From positions 686,595 through 750,594 of the forward strand of contig OZ246408.1 of NCBI GenBank assembly GCA_965231015.1: a stretch of 64,000 nucleotides of DNA. The letters are read 5' to 3'. Source of the stretch: an uncultured Gammaproteobacteria bacterium (lineage in GTDB: Bacteria; Patescibacteriota; Patescibacteriia; UBA9934; CAZDDW01). The number at the start of each line of letters is the position of its first letter. The first letter of the stretch is position 1. Below are positions 55,656-64,000 of this stretch, piece by piece. Under the pieces are notes generated by a model, which was not told where the DNA came from, did not search any database, and was given only the letters and a program-made list of their open reading frames with translations. The translations under genes were made by a program, and so were the position numbers.

Positions 55656-56840
55656 TCACCGAGTCAAACCTTTAAATACTCCCTCCATTTTATCCATATA
55701 ATACGTCATGGCAAATTGGCTAATGTCCATCCGGATTTCGTCTTGGGCGTCATACCATTCATCACGTTCCTCAAGTACCCAACCAAGCTTCTTTATCAAA
55801 TCTTGGCTCGAACATGGTTCGAATAAATAACCGTTCTCACCATCGTGAACCAGTTCTGGAATTCCCCCGATTCGGGAGGCCACTACCGGTACTCCACAAG
55901 ATAAACTTTCATAAATGACGGTTGGAGAATTCTCGTAGCAAAGTGAGGGAGCCACCAAACAATCACTCGACGCAAGCATGGCCGCCGCTTCTTCCTTGTT
56001 AAACCCACCAAAAAAACTAATCCGCGGATCCATTCGTGACGCTGTTTTTATCTCCTTGTCCATTGATCCTCGTCCAGCAATTGTCAACTCAAACTCAAGT
56101 CGACTATTAGTTAAAGCTTGAATTAAAAACTCAATTCCCTTATGCGTTTCAAGTGATCCCAAAAATAAAATTTTTAATACCCCCTGTGGGCGACGTCGTG
56201 TCTCTATTCCGAAATCCGGAGCTGGGTTTGGTAGCACGTAAGATTCAGTATTTGGGAAAAAACCTCGTTCTGAATGAAAATCGAGTAAAAACTGAGAGGG
56301 AGAAATAACCGCTGCCGGATTGCCAATCGCCCACTTGGCTACTTTTACGTATAGGTCGTGCAAAAAACCCTTATTCATCCAATTATTCTCTTCACCATAT
56401 ATCAATAATCCACTTGGTACCACCAATTGAACGTCATGCAAAACATGCACATGTGGAACGTGTTTTTGAAAAGCATGCGGAACGGATGAACCGAACCCCT
56501 TTAGGTTATGTGTCATAACAACGTCCGGCTTGATTTCTTTTAAAAGCTCAACAACACGCTTTTTGCTCTCTCGAGCCACTAAATCAAAGCCATGCCAAAG
56601 AAACCGTTTCCAGAACTTTTGCTGCCGATCTTCAAGAGTGTAATACAAGTTGGATGGCTTGAATCGATAAACTTTGATTCCCTCTTCAAACGTTTCCTCA
56701 CCCCCCCCTTCTGGCTGCGTGGTAATCACACTCACCTGATGCCCGCGCGACACAAAACCGCGCGCAATCCGGTGGGCGACGCGTTCCGCTCCTCCGCGAA
56801 CATGCGGTGGGTACAAATTAGTTATGATGCAAATTCTCAT
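55656..56840 (-). CDS. Glycosyltransferase family 4
   Basis: GT-B fold with a C-terminal E-x7-E region (CYENSPTVIYESLSCGVPVVASRIGG). Confidence 0.8.
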   Translation of the reverse strand: MRICIITNLYPPHVRGGAERVAHRIARGFVSRGHQVSVITTQPEGGGEETFEEGIKVYRFKPSNLYYTLEDRQQKFWKRFLWHGFDLVARESKKRVVELLKEIKPDVVMTHNLKGFGSSVPHAFQKHVPHVHVLHDVQLVVPSGLLIYGEENNWMNKGFLHDLYVKVAKWAIGNPAAVISPSQFLLDFHSERGFFPNTESYVLPNPAPDFGIETRRRPQGVLKILFLGSLETHKGIEFLIQALTNSRLEFELTIAGRGSMDKEIKTASRMDPRISFFGGFNKEEAAAMLASSDCLVAPSLCYENSPTVIYESLSCGVPVVASRIGGIPELVHDGENGYLFEPCSSQDLIKKLGWVLEERDEWYDAQDEIRMDISQFAMTYYMDKMEGVFKGLTR

Positions 56841-57951
56841 AAACTGATTCTAACTTGTCAATCAAAATAGATCCAGCATACATTTGTTCGGCTCGAGTTC
56901 GAGCTGTCCGACCCATCACCTCCCGAGTCTGATAATCTTTTAAAAGCTCAGTCAGGGTCTTGGCCAGAACGTTCGGATCACCCGGTTTAACGAGCTGTCC
57001 AGTCTTGCCCGGCTCGATCACACTGCGTACACCTGGCAAGTCCGAGACAATGGACGGTATACCACTAGCGGCTGCTTCCACAGTCACGATTCCAAAGGCT
57101 TCCGAGCTATCCGTCGACGGTAAAACATGTACGTCTGCGGCACGATAATACTCAGGCAAATCTTCAGGCCCAACACTACCTGCAAAAATAACCCGATCAG
57201 CCAAACCATGAACGCGAGCGGTTTCTTCGTAACTCGATTTCAAGTCTCCTGAGCCAACCACTACCAAATGCCAAGGAAAATTTTTAATCTGTTCAAACGC
57301 TCGTAACAACACCGACACCCCCTTGAAGTAATGAGCCTTATCGAGTCCGCCCACAAAAATAATAACGGGTTCATTTTTTGGAATTCCAAATTTTGACCGA
57401 ACTGAGTCTCCTGTTCCTGGATGGAATTGATTTATGTCGACCCCAAAAGGCATCTCAACAACATCCGACGAACGACGTGCGACAAGCTCGGAGATCTTTG
57501 AGTGCTTTGCATAATCAAGTGAGCTGATCAAAATCTTATCCGAAATTTCCAACACCATTTTTCGCATCACAGCCCCGTGAGTCTTGTCAATTAAACCAAC
57601 CAGGCCGCCTTTTTTAATGTCCATGTGGTAGGTCGTGACTAAGAGTTTATTTCCCATGGCCTTCCACATGGCCACAAACTCGGCCCCACCAAAAAATGGA
57701 TAGTGGAGATGAACGACATCGAAACCAATCAGTTCGTTCCTTAAACTCGGCAAGGCAGCAGCGTTACCAAACTTAATGAGCGGTTTGATCCGATGAACGT
57801 ATTCAGGATCGTTTTTGACTGGTCGATACTTTGGCGTAAACACCTGAACGTCGTGTCCTCGAGCTCGCAGCTTTTCGGTATATTCAAAAGCCACGGTGCC
57901 AATTCCACCGCGGTATGGGGGGTAAACAGGAGTAACTTGAGCTATTTTCAT
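56818..57951 (-). CDS. Glycosyltransferase family 4
   Basis: GT-B fold: STDSSEAFGIVTVEAAASGIPSIVSDLPG. Confidence 0.8.
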   Translation of the reverse strand: MKIAQVTPVYPPYRGGIGTVAFEYTEKLRARGHDVQVFTPKYRPVKNDPEYVHRIKPLIKFGNAAALPSLRNELIGFDVVHLHYPFFGGAEFVAMWKAMGNKLLVTTYHMDIKKGGLVGLIDKTHGAVMRKMVLEISDKILISSLDYAKHSKISELVARRSSDVVEMPFGVDINQFHPGTGDSVRSKFGIPKNEPVIIFVGGLDKAHYFKGVSVLLRAFEQIKNFPWHLVVVGSGDLKSSYEETARVHGLADRVIFAGSVGPEDLPEYYRAADVHVLPSTDSSEAFGIVTVEAAASGIPSIVSDLPGVRSVIEPGKTGQLVKPGDPNVLAKTLTELLKDYQTREVMGRTARTRAEQMYAGSILIDKLESVYENLHHN

Positions 57952-58527
57952 ATCCTGTTGATTTTAGCTTAAAATCAGGTTAAAGTACAATTCAATCTAA
58001 ATTTTTCCAATTGACGTTTATGCTCAGGCGTGGCAGTATAACGTGTCAAAGCGAAAATTAATCGGACAATCTCCCAAAACCTATAGGAGGCAACATAGAA
58101 ATCATTAGAATGGAGTGGGTCTTCGTGGTCATTCTTCTGATGAGAAAATTCACTGAGGGGAAAACATGAAGTTCGTGATTTTGCAAGACCCCCCTCGCTG
58201 GGGGAGACGGATCGCAAGATATACGCAACCACGCCGGGCGGCTTTCGAGATCCCGAGTCAACAGTGCTTGGGGAGTTCGAAACTGAAGCCCCCAATCACC
58301 TCATTGGTGACTTGGGAATCCTGACTTGCTTTGGGCGCAATGCTTTCAAAACAGGTGCAAATTGGGCTCGTGAAAATCCCGACAAGTCGTTCGATGAGGA
58401 CTGCGCACGGCGACGAGGTTTACCGTTGGTTAGTGGTGTTTTCAACAAACGTCACTAGCCGAGGGCTTTTTATTAATCACTAAACCAATTTTATCGAAAT
58501 TAAACTTTTTCCTACTCGGCCAAAATC

Positions 58528-58539
58528 TCACGATCGTGA
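58528..58539. promoter_or_regulatory. Palindrome TCACGATCGTGA, unit 1 operator
   Basis: Centred about 43 nt upstream of the downstream -10 hexamer 58571-58576. Confidence 0.6.
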
Positions 58540-58545
58540 AATTTC

Positions 58546-58576
58546 GGACAATCAATATAAATATTGTGTGTATAAT
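58546..58576 (+). promoter_or_regulatory. Promoter, unit 1 (GGACAA -35, 19-nt spacer, extended -10 TGTGTATAAT)
   Basis: TGnTATAAT at 58567-58576. The predicted TSS is near 58583. Confidence 0.55.
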
Positions 58577-58582
58577 GCGTAC

Positions 58583-58725
58583 CATTTAATCTTTTAGTTA
58601 AAAGGTTGTCGGGAGTGCATTGTATAAAAAGTGGACGACCGTCAAAAAGCAACCAACCACAAGGTGCTAATACGTAAAAGAAAAAAACCTTATTTGACCA
58701 CGTGCACAAATAAGGACCTTTTTTG
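58583..58725 (+). ncRNA. Candidate small RNA, unit 1 (~140 nt), ending at the 28-nt palindrome plus U-run
   Basis: A 5' stem-loop UUAAUC-UUUU-AGUUAA. The 3' hairpin ccttatttg...caaataagg (58688-58715) is followed by TTTTTT. There is no conserved ORF. Confidence 0.4.
58688..58715. promoter_or_regulatory. 28-nt palindrome CCTTATTTGACCACGTGCACAAATAAGG (copy of the prx-sod dyad)
   Basis: Same half-sites as 54927-54954. Here it is followed by a T6 run, so it looks terminator-like. Confidence 0.55.
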
Positions 58726-58802
58726 ACTTAATGTTATTACCTCTTTCCCCTACCACAAAATCAACTTAATCATATCTGAATAATATGCTTTCTCAGGCAA
58801 AA

Positions 58803-58818
58803 TCTCACGATCGTGAGA
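58803..58818. promoter_or_regulatory. Perfect 16-nt palindrome TCTCACGATCGTGAGA, unit 2 operator
   Basis: Same position relative to the unit 2 promoter as in unit 1. Confidence 0.6.
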
Positions 58819-58822
58819 TTTT

Positions 58823-58852
58823 GGTCAATCGGTACAAAAATTTATGTAAAAT
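58823..58852 (+). promoter_or_regulatory. Promoter, unit 2 (GGTCAA -35, 18-nt spacer, extended -10 TATGTAAAAT)
   Basis: Aligns base-for-base with the unit 1 promoter. The predicted TSS is near 58859. Confidence 0.5.
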
Positions 58853-58981
58853 AGGCTCCATTTAACCTTTTGGTTAAATGATCATTCGGTGTTTATTGTA
58901 CAAAAATAGACGGTCGTCAGATAATATACAATTCAAAACCTGTCAATCTTAAATCGAACTATGCATTATTTCGACAAAAAT

Positions 58982-58993
58982 TCGCGATCGTGA
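58982..58993. promoter_or_regulatory. Third, imperfect copy of the operator (TCGCGATCGTGA)
   Basis: One mismatch to the TCACGATCGTGA core. It lies inside unit 2. Confidence 0.4.
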
Positions 58994-59141
58994 AAAAGTG
59001 CCGAAACTAAAAACCAACACGGTTTATACAATCGTATAAACCGTGTTGGTTCAATCAAATTCGATTGGCATTCCATGTCTTGTTTTTGTCTTTTTTGTTC
59101 CCTATCACCAAATCAACTTATTAATTACTTTCCAAAAGTAA

Positions 59142-59179
59142 AAACCCTGCCCGAGGGTTGGCTCGGGCAGGGTTTTTTT
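59142..59179. terminator. Bidirectional intrinsic terminator (12-bp GC-rich stem)
   Basis: accctgcccgag-ggttgg-ctcgggcagggt with T-runs on both strands. It ends the lipoprotein gene on the minus strand and the repeat-region transcripts on the plus strand. Confidence 0.85.
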
Positions 59180-59183
59180 ATTT

Positions 59184-60773
59184 CTACATCTTTTCCCAGA
59201 TATTTATGGCTAAACCTTGCATGGCCGGTATAGTGGTCAACAAATTCCCCTCTTTTTTAAATTCCATACCTTGTCCAGTCTGATCCTCACTGAAATAGAT
59301 CGTTACGGTTGAGCCCTCATAAACATAGTTCATATCAGCAACATAGTCTGAGCTCAAATTGTATTGACCTGTACCATCGGCATTTAAAACCAGGTGGGCA
59401 TCCGGATACATGAGAAGGGCTGTGTCTTTTCTATACCCTTCACCAATTATTTCTATCAATCTATAGGTCCCTGCTACATCACTCAGATTGCTTCCAACAT
59501 TAGTCTCCTCCTCAACCACTTCTTCCCCAACTACCTCTTCTGTCTCTTCCACCTGCGGTGGTGGTTCGTATTCATTCAGACCAAATTGACTGGCGTCAAT
59601 CTCGGCTTGCGTTTGTTCTTCCAGGTTCTTTTGCCAGTTGTTCAGGTTTACAGAGGTAACATCGTTAAGACCGAAACTGGCCACATCAATGGTCTGGTCC
59701 TCTCCGTTTGTTACTTCTAAATCTTCAATCAGAGCCACTTCTTCAGTACTGTCTGAAGTGGTAACGTCCCACTCACCTTCCGGAAGTTCAATGGTTGCTT
59801 CTGGTGCGTCCTCTACAGCTAGAGCTACCATGAGTGGTCCATCAGTTTGAGCTTTAGTGAAAATAGCGTCAGCAATTTGGTCTTGTGTGGTTTCTTCCAA
59901 AGCGTCCCAAGATGAACCAATAGCATCATCATCAATAGCTCCGGCTAAAGAGCCTACACTTTCATTAATTGCCAGAAACACCTTTTTCTTGTCTCCGGTG
60001 GTTGTGGTGTTAGAGTTTTTAACAATAATATCGGCTTTTCCCACACTGTCTAACTCGCGTTTGGTAACCAGTTGTTTTACTACGTTTTCAGCGTAACCGC
60101 TTGGAGTAATTGGGTTTTCTCCGCCAGTGACTGCTTGACTGGCTTCCACCACGGTTTCGACAGCGGTTTTTCCAAGATCAGTGACTACCTTGGTCCAATC
60201 AATCAGTCCACCCACTTCTGGGTCACGAGATAGTCTTTCAATGGTGCTGTCGCTTGCATTTTCAAGGTCACTAACTGAACTCAAACCGTGATACTCCAAA
60301 ATTCGGTCACGGTCTCCACTGTACATATCCTGCAATCCGGTATAAATGCCTTCTCGAGCTGTTTCAATGGATTGATGTTTGGCTTTTACTAGTGAGCCAA
60401 AGATAGGAATGTAGTAGAGCCAGCTGGAACGCTTTTTGGCGTACGCCGCACGGATGAGCGGATCAAGCGCTGCGTTTGTGGACCCTTGTTCCATCAGCTC
60501 AGCCATTTTTTCAGCTTGAGCCATGGATTCATTGGCAATAGCCAAGAAGGCATGGTAGTTTTCAAAAAAGATGTCTGAATCCGCTTCACTAGCGGCAAAG
60601 ATCATGTTTTTGTCGTACTGGTTAAGGTAAACGACATTGTCATGAAAATCTGCCATGAGGTCTGCCGGATTGTATTGTCTGGCTTGTTTGTCAAAAAGAC
60701 TGCCCAGTGAGCAACCACTCAACAGTGAAGCCATGACCAACAAGACCAAAGCTTTTGGTATTAATTTTAACAT
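59184..60773 (-). CDS. Lipoprotein, unknown function
   Basis: Lipobox signal MLKLIPKALVLLVMASLLSGC|S. A bidirectional terminator lies at 59142-59179. Confidence 0.6.
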   Translation of the reverse strand: MLKLIPKALVLLVMASLLSGCSLGSLFDKQARQYNPADLMADFHDNVVYLNQYDKNMIFAASEADSDIFFENYHAFLAIANESMAQAEKMAELMEQGSTNAALDPLIRAAYAKKRSSWLYYIPIFGSLVKAKHQSIETAREGIYTGLQDMYSGDRDRILEYHGLSSVSDLENASDSTIERLSRDPEVGGLIDWTKVVTDLGKTAVETVVEASQAVTGGENPITPSGYAENVVKQLVTKRELDSVGKADIIVKNSNTTTTGDKKKVFLAINESVGSLAGAIDDDAIGSSWDALEETTQDQIADAIFTKAQTDGPLMVALAVEDAPEATIELPEGEWDVTTSDSTEEVALIEDLEVTNGEDQTIDVASFGLNDVTSVNLNNWQKNLEEQTQAEIDASQFGLNEYEPPPQVEETEEVVGEEVVEEETNVGSNLSDVAGTYRLIEIIGEGYRKDTALLMYPDAHLVLNADGTGQYNLSSDYVADMNYVYEGSTVTIYFSEDQTGQGMEFKKEGNLLTTIPAMQGLAINIWEKM

Positions 60774-60822
60774 AAGATGAGTTAATTATTGGGTGTATAA
60801 TAACAAAAATGGGCGTGTTTAT

Positions 60823-61908
60823 CTACCACCAAAACAACTTTCTAATCACCTGCCAGAGGAAGTCGAGGAAGAGGTTGGCGAACCAGGATAATGGGGTTTC
60901 TGAGACTGACTCGAGATTTTGGTAGCCAATACGGCCGGTGAAGTGTTTGACAATTTCTCGATCTGATACAACTCGAGACTCTTGCGAAATCCGGCGTTTA
61001 GCCAGGATATTTTTTATTGTGGCTGGTTTCAGTAAATCGTAATAGGTCAACATTTTATGCTTGAACCAACCGGACGGAATCGAGATGAGCCATAGACCAA
61101 GTTCAACGAATAACAAAACCGGCAAGAGCAAAATCAACGTCGCGAGCTTATAATGCGTGAGCATGACGATCCATCGGTTACGCTCCATCCAAAACCACTT
61201 CTTGATTGATCGAGAGAACTCGTACTTGTGATACGCGACCGAATACAATGAGAGAACGTTTGTGTAGCCAGCGAGCATAATCCGCCAACCAAGTTCCAGA
61301 TCCTCATGATACAACCATAGAAACTCATCGAGCGCACCAATTTTTTTCAAAACACTGGCTCGATACATTACGGCTGCCCCACTGGCATACGCAATCTCTT
61401 CCCCATCTTGAGCTTTCGACCCACCAAACTCCACTCCATTGTCCCGACTAAACCCAAACCCCAAAAAATGAATCATGTTCCCGCTCGAGTTTAACGTTTC
61501 CGGATCCTGCCAGAGTTTGATGAGCGACTGAACTGAACCGATCTTCGGATTACTCTCGGCGAGCTCGACCGCTTTTTCAATAGCTCGAGAATCGAGTTTG
61601 GCATCGTTGTTTAAGAGATAAACGTAGTCATAACCAGCGAGTAAAGCATGATTGATCCCGATATTATTCCCGATAGCAAACCCTGTGTTAGTTTCATTTA
61701 AAAAAAACGTGATCCTTGGCAAATCCTGCTCGGATCGAGGCAAAACCTTATTCTTGATATACTCAGCTGAATTGTCTTCGCCCGGATTATCAACAATCAC
61801 TAATTCCATTAATTCGTGCGGATAAGTTTGCTTGGCGAATGATAAAACAACGTCGTCGATATACGGACGAGCGTTGTATGAAAGATAGATTATAGCTACT
61901 TTTGGCAA
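60823..61908 (-). CDS. Glycosyltransferase family 2
   Basis: VAIIYLSYNARPYIDDVVLSFAKQ ... YLLNNDA (DxD-like), with C-terminal TM helices. Confidence 0.8.
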   Translation of the reverse strand: MPKVAIIYLSYNARPYIDDVVLSFAKQTYPHELMELVIVDNPGEDNSAEYIKNKVLPRSEQDLPRITFFLNETNTGFAIGNNIGINHALLAGYDYVYLLNNDAKLDSRAIEKAVELAESNPKIGSVQSLIKLWQDPETLNSSGNMIHFLGFGFSRDNGVEFGGSKAQDGEEIAYASGAAVMYRASVLKKIGALDEFLWLYHEDLELGWRIMLAGYTNVLSLYSVAYHKYEFSRSIKKWFWMERNRWIVMLTHYKLATLILLLPVLLFVELGLWLISIPSGWFKHKMLTYYDLLKPATIKNILAKRRISQESRVVSDREIVKHFTGRIGYQNLESVSETPLSWFANLFLDFLWQVIRKLFWW

Positions 61909-61976
61909 TGACAGAAAACAAAGGTTTATGGATAATGTTTAATAGAACTTTGCCTATTAACTTTTTTCTATTAACT

Positions 61977-62981
61977 CTATACCTGGGTCAACAAAATCTT
62001 ATTAGCTTTAACGTACTCGATGGTTTTTTCTAATCCATCTTCAAGTCTAACTAACGGAATCCAACCAAACTCTCTGGCTTTACCAATGCGTGGCAACCCG
62101 AGTTCCGTCAAAAATGGTAACGGAGCCTCAAAACGAATCTTAGAAGACGAACCGGTTTTATCAAGAATCATCTGCGCCACATCTGACATTTTCAAATCTT
62201 TATCATCCCCTAAGTTAACCGGCCCCACATTTTCCTCAAGCGCCATTAAACGAACCATTCCGTCTACCACATCAGTCACATAACAAAGCGAGGTGCGGAA
62301 ACCTTCATCACCATAAATCACCAGATCTTTATTTTCAAGAGCATTTAACACAAAATCCGGAATCAAGTGCCCGTCAAACAGCGGCATGCGTGGTCCATAA
62401 GTGCGGAAAATGCGAGCAATTTTGGCGTCAACCCCGTGTACCTGCCGGTAAGTTTCAAACATGGTTTCAGAAAAACGCTTTCCCTCGTCATAACAACCTC
62501 GTGGTGACAAGTGATCGACAACTCCATTTTCATCTTCTTCAAAATAGATATCACCCTCTTTTCGACCGCCATAAACAACTGAAGTCGAAGCCAGCATAAT
62601 CTTGGCTTTGTATTTAACAGCTAGCTCTAAAAAATGATAGTTGCCCAGCGAATTTGAAAGCAGAGTCTGGATTTTATACTGATCGAACTGTTTAATAGTG
62701 GTCGGACAAGCTAAATGATAAATCTCCTGAATCCCTTCAAAAGCGATCTTTAATGGTTCAAGTTCGGGCATTTTTTCCAGATCAAACTTTTCATTAACGT
62801 CCATTTTTAAGAAAAAGAAGTCGTTGTGCTGCAACAAATGCTCAATGTTGCGCACATGGGACGTGGAAAAATTATCAATACAAATTACCCGGTTATCTTC
62901 CTGAATTAATCTCTCACAAAGGTGAGAACCAATAAAGCCGGCTCCTCCGGTCACTAAAACTGTTTTCTTGTTATTTGCCAT
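61977..62981 (-). CDS. UDP-glucuronate decarboxylase-like SDR (NAD-dependent epimerase/dehydratase)
   Basis: VLVTGGAGFIGSHLCERL, and YDEGKR in the catalytic region. Confidence 0.75.
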   Translation of the reverse strand: MANNKKTVLVTGGAGFIGSHLCERLIQEDNRVICIDNFSTSHVRNIEHLLQHNDFFFLKMDVNEKFDLEKMPELEPLKIAFEGIQEIYHLACPTTIKQFDQYKIQTLLSNSLGNYHFLELAVKYKAKIMLASTSVVYGGRKEGDIYFEEDENGVVDHLSPRGCYDEGKRFSETMFETYRQVHGVDAKIARIFRTYGPRMPLFDGHLIPDFVLNALENKDLVIYGDEGFRTSLCYVTDVVDGMVRLMALEENVGPVNLGDDKDLKMSDVAQMILDKTGSSSKIRFEAPLPFLTELGLPRIGKAREFGWIPLVRLEDGLEKTIEYVKANKILLTQV

Positions 62982-63023
62982 ATTTTTCTTTTACCTTCCT
63001 AATTCTATCAAAAAAGCACGAAA

Positions 63024-64000
63024 TTACCAATCCCAGACCGCTAAATTAATCCCTCCTGCATAAGCATCATCTTCTGCAAAAAACTGGCCAATCACCACCT
63101 CTCTGTCCCAAACACGAACATGCGGACCGCCACCCGGCCCGGCCGCAGTGACAACTTCAGCCACCCCATCCCCGGTTATGTCTCCCACCGCAACCCGAAC
63201 TCCTCCACGGAACGCCTCGTTATAAGCAAAAAAATCATAATCGAGTACACCTGAGCCTGTAAACACCCGCACGTGTGGCCCACCGCCCACGTCAGTTCCA
63301 GTTACGATTTCATCTACCCCGTCTCCATTAATGTCGCCTCCGGCTACAAAAATACCTTTGCCATAGGTTTCAGCATAAGCATCAAACTCACCTAAAAACT
63401 GACCGGTTGGCTCAAACACTCGTACTCGCGGTTTATTCCCCGGCCCAAGCCCGGTGACGATCTCATCCACGCCGTCCCCATCAACGTCCGCCGCAGCCAC
63501 CCGAACACCTAATTGCCCTATTTCAAATGCCTTAATTGTACCAAGTTCGGCTCCTTCTGCCGTAAATATTTTTACCCGACCACTTCCTCCAGCGTCTTCA
63601 GTTACTAAAATTTCATCCGTTCCGTCACGGTTTACGTCTCCAGAAGCCACAAACAAGCCGGTTCGTCCAGCCTCGTCATATGCAAACCACTGATTGATCA
63701 GGGTGCCGTCTGACTCAAAAATTCTGATTTGCGGCCCACCGCCAGGGCCAGCTCCAACAATCACCTCATCTTCGCCGTCTCCGTCTATGTCTCCGGAAGC
63801 TAAACGCACCCCGCCTGCAAACGTCTCTGCATAACCATAGTAACTTGGTTCAGTATAACTGGTGGCGTAGTACGGGGTCACAAGCGGCTTAGCATCATCT
63901 GAAGGAGCAGTATAAATTAACCAGCTTGGGTTGGCCGTAGAAGTTTCATATTCAACCGAAAAACTGCCGGCAATTTCTAAAGCTCGGTCAATATTCAACC
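63024..64000 (-). CDS. FG-GAP/VCBS-repeat protein (5' end may extend beyond the window)
   Basis: Repeated DGDGxDEIVTGxGPGGGPxVRVF units form an integrin-alpha-like beta-propeller. Confidence 0.7.
   Translation of the reverse strand, partial: LNIDRALEIAGSFSVEYETSTANPSWLIYTAPSDDAKPLVTPYYATSYTEPSYYGYAETFAGGVRLASGDIDGDGEDEVIVGAGPGGGPQIRIFESDGTLINQWFAYDEAGRTGLFVASGDVNRDGTDEILVTEDAGGSGRVKIFTAEGAELGTIKAFEIGQLGVRVAAADVDGDGVDEIVTGLGPGNKPRVRVFEPTGQFLGEFDAYAETYGKGIFVAGGDINGDGVDEIVTGTDVGGGPHVRVFTGSGVLDYDFFAYNEAFRGGVRVAVGDITGDGVAEVVTAAGPGGGPHVRVWDREVVIGQFFAEDDAYAGGINLAVWDW

Larger units (their letters stand above)
58859..59179 (+). ncRNA. Candidate small RNA, unit 2 (up to ~320 nt), ending at the strong bidirectional terminator
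   Basis: A 5' stem-loop UUAACC-UUUU-GGUUAA. An internal 15-bp perfect hairpin lies at 59013-59049. The terminal stem accctgcccgag-ggttgg-ctcgggcagggt is followed by T7. Confidence 0.35.

Noticed and set aside
57975-58458. ORFs 57975-58295(-), 58058-58261(-) and 58264-58458(+) as protein genes
   Set aside because: They overlap each other on opposite strands in a GC-rich stretch. Their products are low-complexity and lack motifs, and there is no RBS for the 58264 GTG start. I kept them only as an unexplained region.
58441-59183. CRISPR array or tandem small toxic-peptide (type I TA) genes in the 58.5-kb repeat region
   Set aside because: The units are 280-350 nt, not regularly spaced short repeats, and no cas genes are present. 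The only ORFs (46 and 18 codons on the minus strand; 23 codons on the plus strand) are not conserved between units and lack SD sequences.
1-64000. Alternative genetic code (TGA=Gly/Trp) as in some CPR lineages
   Set aside because: Very long uninterrupted standard-code ORFs (1673, 940, 855 codons) and frequent TAA stops argue for code 11. Small ORFs truncated by TGA were not rescued.

Overview
Low-GC (~42-45%) bacterial chromosome segment with tightly packed, often overlapping genes. Compact T4P without a visible secretin, a PilM-PilN fusion, and dcw and rfb fragments on one strand are most consistent with an ultra-small/CPR (Patescibacteria)-like or Gram-positive-type organism. This is an inference from gene content and composition only. 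The genetic code looks standard: ORFs up to 1673 codons run uninterrupted by TGA, and most genes end in TAA.

Content:
- 1-17.1 kb: a sensor kinase (5'-truncated at the window edge) and a CheY-like regulator, then a type IV pilus locus. It holds the PilB ATPase, PilC platform protein, four prepilin-type proteins, a 1673-aa pilin-headed giant protein with about 14 LVIVD beta-propeller repeats plus an internal tandem 286-aa duplication, a PilM-TM-extension fusion, two tandem mosaic major-pilin paralogs, and a 940-aa secreted acidic protein.
- 17.3-21.4 kb: FtsX, FtsE, an RlpA-like protein, tRNA-Thr(CGT), a parvulin-type PPIase and FtsB.
- 22-35 kb: a Mur ligase and MurD, then further along MraY-FtsW-MurG. 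Between them sit an ArsR-family regulator, GT2 and GT4 glycosyltransferases, a translin-like protein, a P-type ATPase, a GC-rich secreted-protein islet, GreA and tRNA-Lys(TTT).
- 35-48 kb: NifU-like protein, L27, PyrG, L9, NUDIX, CtpA, a PEGA protein, MurA, RfbA/D/C/B and a HIT protein.
- 48-64 kb: GT-C and other membrane proteins, peroxiredoxin and SOD, GT4/GT4/GT2 glycosyltransferases, a UXS-like enzyme, a lipoprotein and an FG-GAP protein (5'-truncated at the window end).

Most unusual noncoding signals:
- A 740-nt ORF-free region (58.44-59.18 kb) holds two tandem 'operator-promoter-short transcript-terminator' units. Each is headed by a perfect TCACGATCGTGA palindrome, which also occurs beside the ArsR gene at 23.5 kb.
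- A conserved ~170-nt element is present twice (17.12-17.29 kb and 42.54-42.72 kb), both times in convergent intergenic gaps immediately after terminators.

No transposase, integrase or CRISPR array was seen.
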